NCBI GenBank assembly: GCA_016190065.1
Contig: JACPRI010000068.1
Span: forward strand, 1-51,838
Direction of reading: 5' to 3'
Source: Verrucomicrobiota bacterium
GTDB lineage: Bacteria; Verrucomicrobiota; Verrucomicrobiia; Limisphaerales; SIBE01
Length of the DNA stretch: 51,838 nucleotides
Every line of letters starts with the position of its first letter. Positions within the stretch are counted from its first letter, which is position 1. Shown in pieces: positions 49,923-51,838 of the stretch. The notes under the pieces are model-generated. The model searched no databases. It was given only the letters and a program-made list of their open reading frames with translations, and was not told the DNA's origin. A program made the position numbers and the translations under genes.

Positions 49923-51838
49923 CTAGAGCGCCAAAAGAAGCTTCTTGATCTCGAGGAGCCGGGCGCGCGCGTCTTTCTTGGTCAGCCGTGGGAACTTGCC
50001 GGCCAGCGTGATGTAATCGTTGTTGCGGGTCAGCATGAGCTTGTCCTCCTTGGTCTCAAGGCTCGCGACGCCACGGTCGCTCGCCAGGTACTTGAGTTCC
50101 GTCACCAAAAGCAACAGTTCCATGGCGCGCGGGAGTTTACCGAACCGATCCAGCAACTCCCGACGCAGCCGATCCAGCGACGGCTTGTCTGTGATCTGAG
50201 CGAGCTTGCGATAAACCTCAATCCGCTGCCGCGCCTCGCCGATGTAGGCGAACGGAATGTAACCAGCAGCCCTTCGAATTTCTGATTTCTGATTTCTGAT
50301 TTCTGATTTGAAATCTTCGCTCGCACTTCGCCAGCCGCTCGCGTCTTCTTCTCGTCCGCCGGCTTCTGCCTTCCGCTTTCTGCCTTCCGCCTTTCCCCCA
50401 CTGATCCCTGACCCCTGATCACTGATTACTTTTGCCTCCTCCCCCGGGCTCAGCGCCAGAAAATCCAAGCGAACCTGAACGTCCACGCGCGGCTTCACCT
50501 TCTCCCCTTTCAACGTGCTGACGCTTTGCTTGAGCAGTTGGCAATACAACTCAAAGCCGACGGCCGTGATGTGTCCGCTTTGCTCGGCGCCGAGCAGGTT
50601 CCCGGCGCCGCGAATTTCCAGGTCGCGCATCGCGATCTTGAAACCGCTGCCCAGGCTCGAATACTGCCGGATCGCACTGATCCGCTTGCGCACGTCGCTC
50701 AAGAGCGCGGCGTGCCGGGGCAAAAGCAGATACGCATAGGCCTGATGCTTGTAACGCCCTACACGCCCGCGGAGTTGATACAGGTCGCTCAGGCCGAAGC
50801 GATCCGCGCGATCGATGATGATCGTGTTGGCGTTGGGAATATCGATGCCGCTCTCGATGATCGTCGTGCAAACCAGCACGTCGGCCTCGCCGTTCACAAA
50901 TCGCGTCATCACTTCCTCCAGATCGTCGCTGTGCATTTGACCGTGGCCCACAATGATCCGTGCGGTTGGAACCAGCGATTGAATGCGCACGGCAACGCGC
51001 TCGATGTCCTGCACGCGGTTGTGCAGATAATAAACCTGGCCCTGGCGATTGATCTCGCGCTGGATCGCGTCGCGGATCAATCGTTCGTCGTACTTCGAGA
51101 CGAAAGTTTGCACAGGAAGCCGGTCTTGCGGCGGCGTTTCGATGGTGCTCATGTCGCGCGCGCCGGTTAAAGCGAGGTACAGCGTCCGGGGAATTGGCGT
51201 GGCACTGAGCGTGAGCACATCGACGAGGGTCCGGAGCTGTTTCAGTTTCTCTTTGTGGAGGACGCCGAAGCGCTGCTCCTCATCGATGATCACCAAGCCC
51301 AATTCCTTGAACGCAATATCGTCCTGAAGCAGCCGATGCGTCCCGATCACGATATCGACGGACCCGTTCGCCACCTGCTCCACGATGCGTTTTTGCTCGC
51401 GGCGGCTACAGAAGCGCGACAACTGTTCCACCCGCACCGGATAATCCGCCATGCGCTCCCGGAAAGTGTTGAAATGCTGCTGCGTCAGGACCGTCGTGGG
51501 AACGAGCAGCGCGACTTGTTTTCCGTCCATGACCGCTTTGAATGCGGCGCGCAAGGCAACCTCCGTTTTGCCGTAGCCCACGTCGCCACAAATCAGGCGG
51601 TCCATCGGCCGGGCCACTTCCATGTCTTTCTTGGTTTCCAGGATGGCGCGATCTTGATCGGGCGTCTCCTCGTACAAAAACGAGCTTTCGAATTCCCGTT
51701 GCCAGGGCGTGTCCAGCGCAAAGGCGTGACCCGGCTTGGATTCCCGCGCGGCTTGGATCGCGAGCAACTCCGACGCCAGGTCGCGCACCGCTTCTTCCGC
51801 TTGCGCCTTCGCCTTGGCCCATCGCGTGCCTCCCATCG
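49923..51838 (-). CDS. mfd: Transcription-repair coupling factor Mfd, C-terminal ~640 aa (N-terminus outside the window)
   Basis: FLYEETPDQDRAI, PMDRLICGDVGYGKTEVALRAAF, DEEQRFGV, SATPIPRTL and QLRGRVGR helicase motifs, plus the TRG-region and D7 blocks. The frame stays open to the window edge. Confidence 0.95.
   Translation of the reverse strand, partial: MGGTRWAKAKAQAEEAVRDLASELLAIQAARESKPGHAFALDTPWQREFESSFLYEETPDQDRAILETKKDMEVARPMDRLICGDVGYGKTEVALRAAFKAVMDGKQVALLVPTTVLTQQHFNTFRERMADYPVRVEQLSRFCSRREQKRIVEQVANGSVDIVIGTHRLLQDDIAFKELGLVIIDEEQRFGVLHKEKLKQLRTLVDVLTLSATPIPRTLYLALTGARDMSTIETPPQDRLPVQTFVSKYDERLIRDAIQREINRQGQVYYLHNRVQDIERVAVRIQSLVPTARIIVGHGQMHSDDLEEVMTRFVNGEADVLVCTTIIESGIDIPNANTIIIDRADRFGLSDLYQLRGRVGRYKHQAYAYLLLPRHAALLSDVRKRISAIRQYSSLGSGFKIAMRDLEIRGAGNLLGAEQSGHITAVGFELYCQLLKQSVSTLKGEKVKPRVDVQVRLDFLALSPGEEAKVISDQGSGISGGKAEGRKRKAEAGGREEDASGWRSASEDFKSEIRNQKSEIRRAAGYIPFAYIGEARQRIEVYRKLAQITDKPSLDRLRRELLDRFGKLPRAMELLLLVTELKYLASDRGVASLETKEDKLMLTRNNDYITLAGKFPRLTKKDARARLLEIKKLLLAL
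50281..50308. repeat. Tandem heptanucleotide repeat (tctgatt x4) inside the mfd coding sequence
   Basis: Four perfect copies, translated on the minus strand as KSEIRNQKSEI. Flanking 13/14-bp (cttctgccttccg/ctttctgccttccg) and ctgatc-type repeats lie at 50352-50425. Confidence 0.9.

Noticed and set aside
1-51838. CRISPR arrays, rRNA, tRNA and transposase/integrase genes.
   Set aside because: No regularly spaced direct repeats with unique spacers were seen. No rRNA-like or cloverleaf-like sequences were recognised in the intergenic regions I read, and no ORF has transposase or recombinase motifs. tRNAscan, Infernal and ISfinder would be needed to exclude them formally.

Overview
This is a 51.8-kb, high-GC, densely coding window. 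The gene content points to a PVC-superphylum genome, most likely Verrucomicrobiota-like. That call is an inference from several gene types: a Piru_Ver-type dehydrogenase with a CxxCH heme protein, ThuA, DUF1080, a PQQ sugar dehydrogenase with heme motifs, a DUF1559-like relic, and many short GC-rich palindromic repeats. I saw no rRNA, tRNA or CRISPR array by eye, but I cannot exclude small RNAs without covariance-model searches.

Layout:
- 1-13.4 kb is a competition island. It holds an hsdM relic, two small immunity-like genes, and a 2022-aa Rhs/YD-repeat polymorphic toxin. Upstream sit a 1258-aa PPC/FN3 surface protein and an atypical LuxR-type response regulator.
- 13.5-22.9 kb is housekeeping or transport: DUF423, a TolC-like protein, two APC permeases, and a PVC-type dehydrogenase plus heme protein.
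- 22.9-31.6 kb is an accessory mosaic. It contains four toxin-antitoxin (TA) modules (two decayed), a frameshifted lipase-NHL-cadherin-like giant gene, two decayed extra copies of its 3' end, and an uncharacterised overlapping two-gene cassette.
- 31.7-38.8 kb is a sugar-oxidation cluster: two ThuA genes, DUF1080, a TIM-barrel isomerase and a PQQ sugar dehydrogenase.
- 38.9-51.8 kb holds a REC/degenerate HD-GYP regulator, an isochorismatase-like gene, a membrane-anchored DUF2321 zinc-ribbon protein, PrcB, frr, a VapBC pair, a cytochrome c / PQQ dehydrogenase operon, and a partial mfd with an in-frame simple-repeat insertion.

Best candidates for something new:
- The Rhs toxin tip aligns by eye to the CD38/ADP-ribosyl-cyclase signature blocks, and an overlapping immunity gene follows it.
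- The recombining 3'-end fragment / TA mosaic at 28.5-31 kb.
- The two-gene cassette at 31.0-31.5 kb.
- The DUF2321 membrane protein.

All family assignments come from reading motifs by eye. No database search was run.
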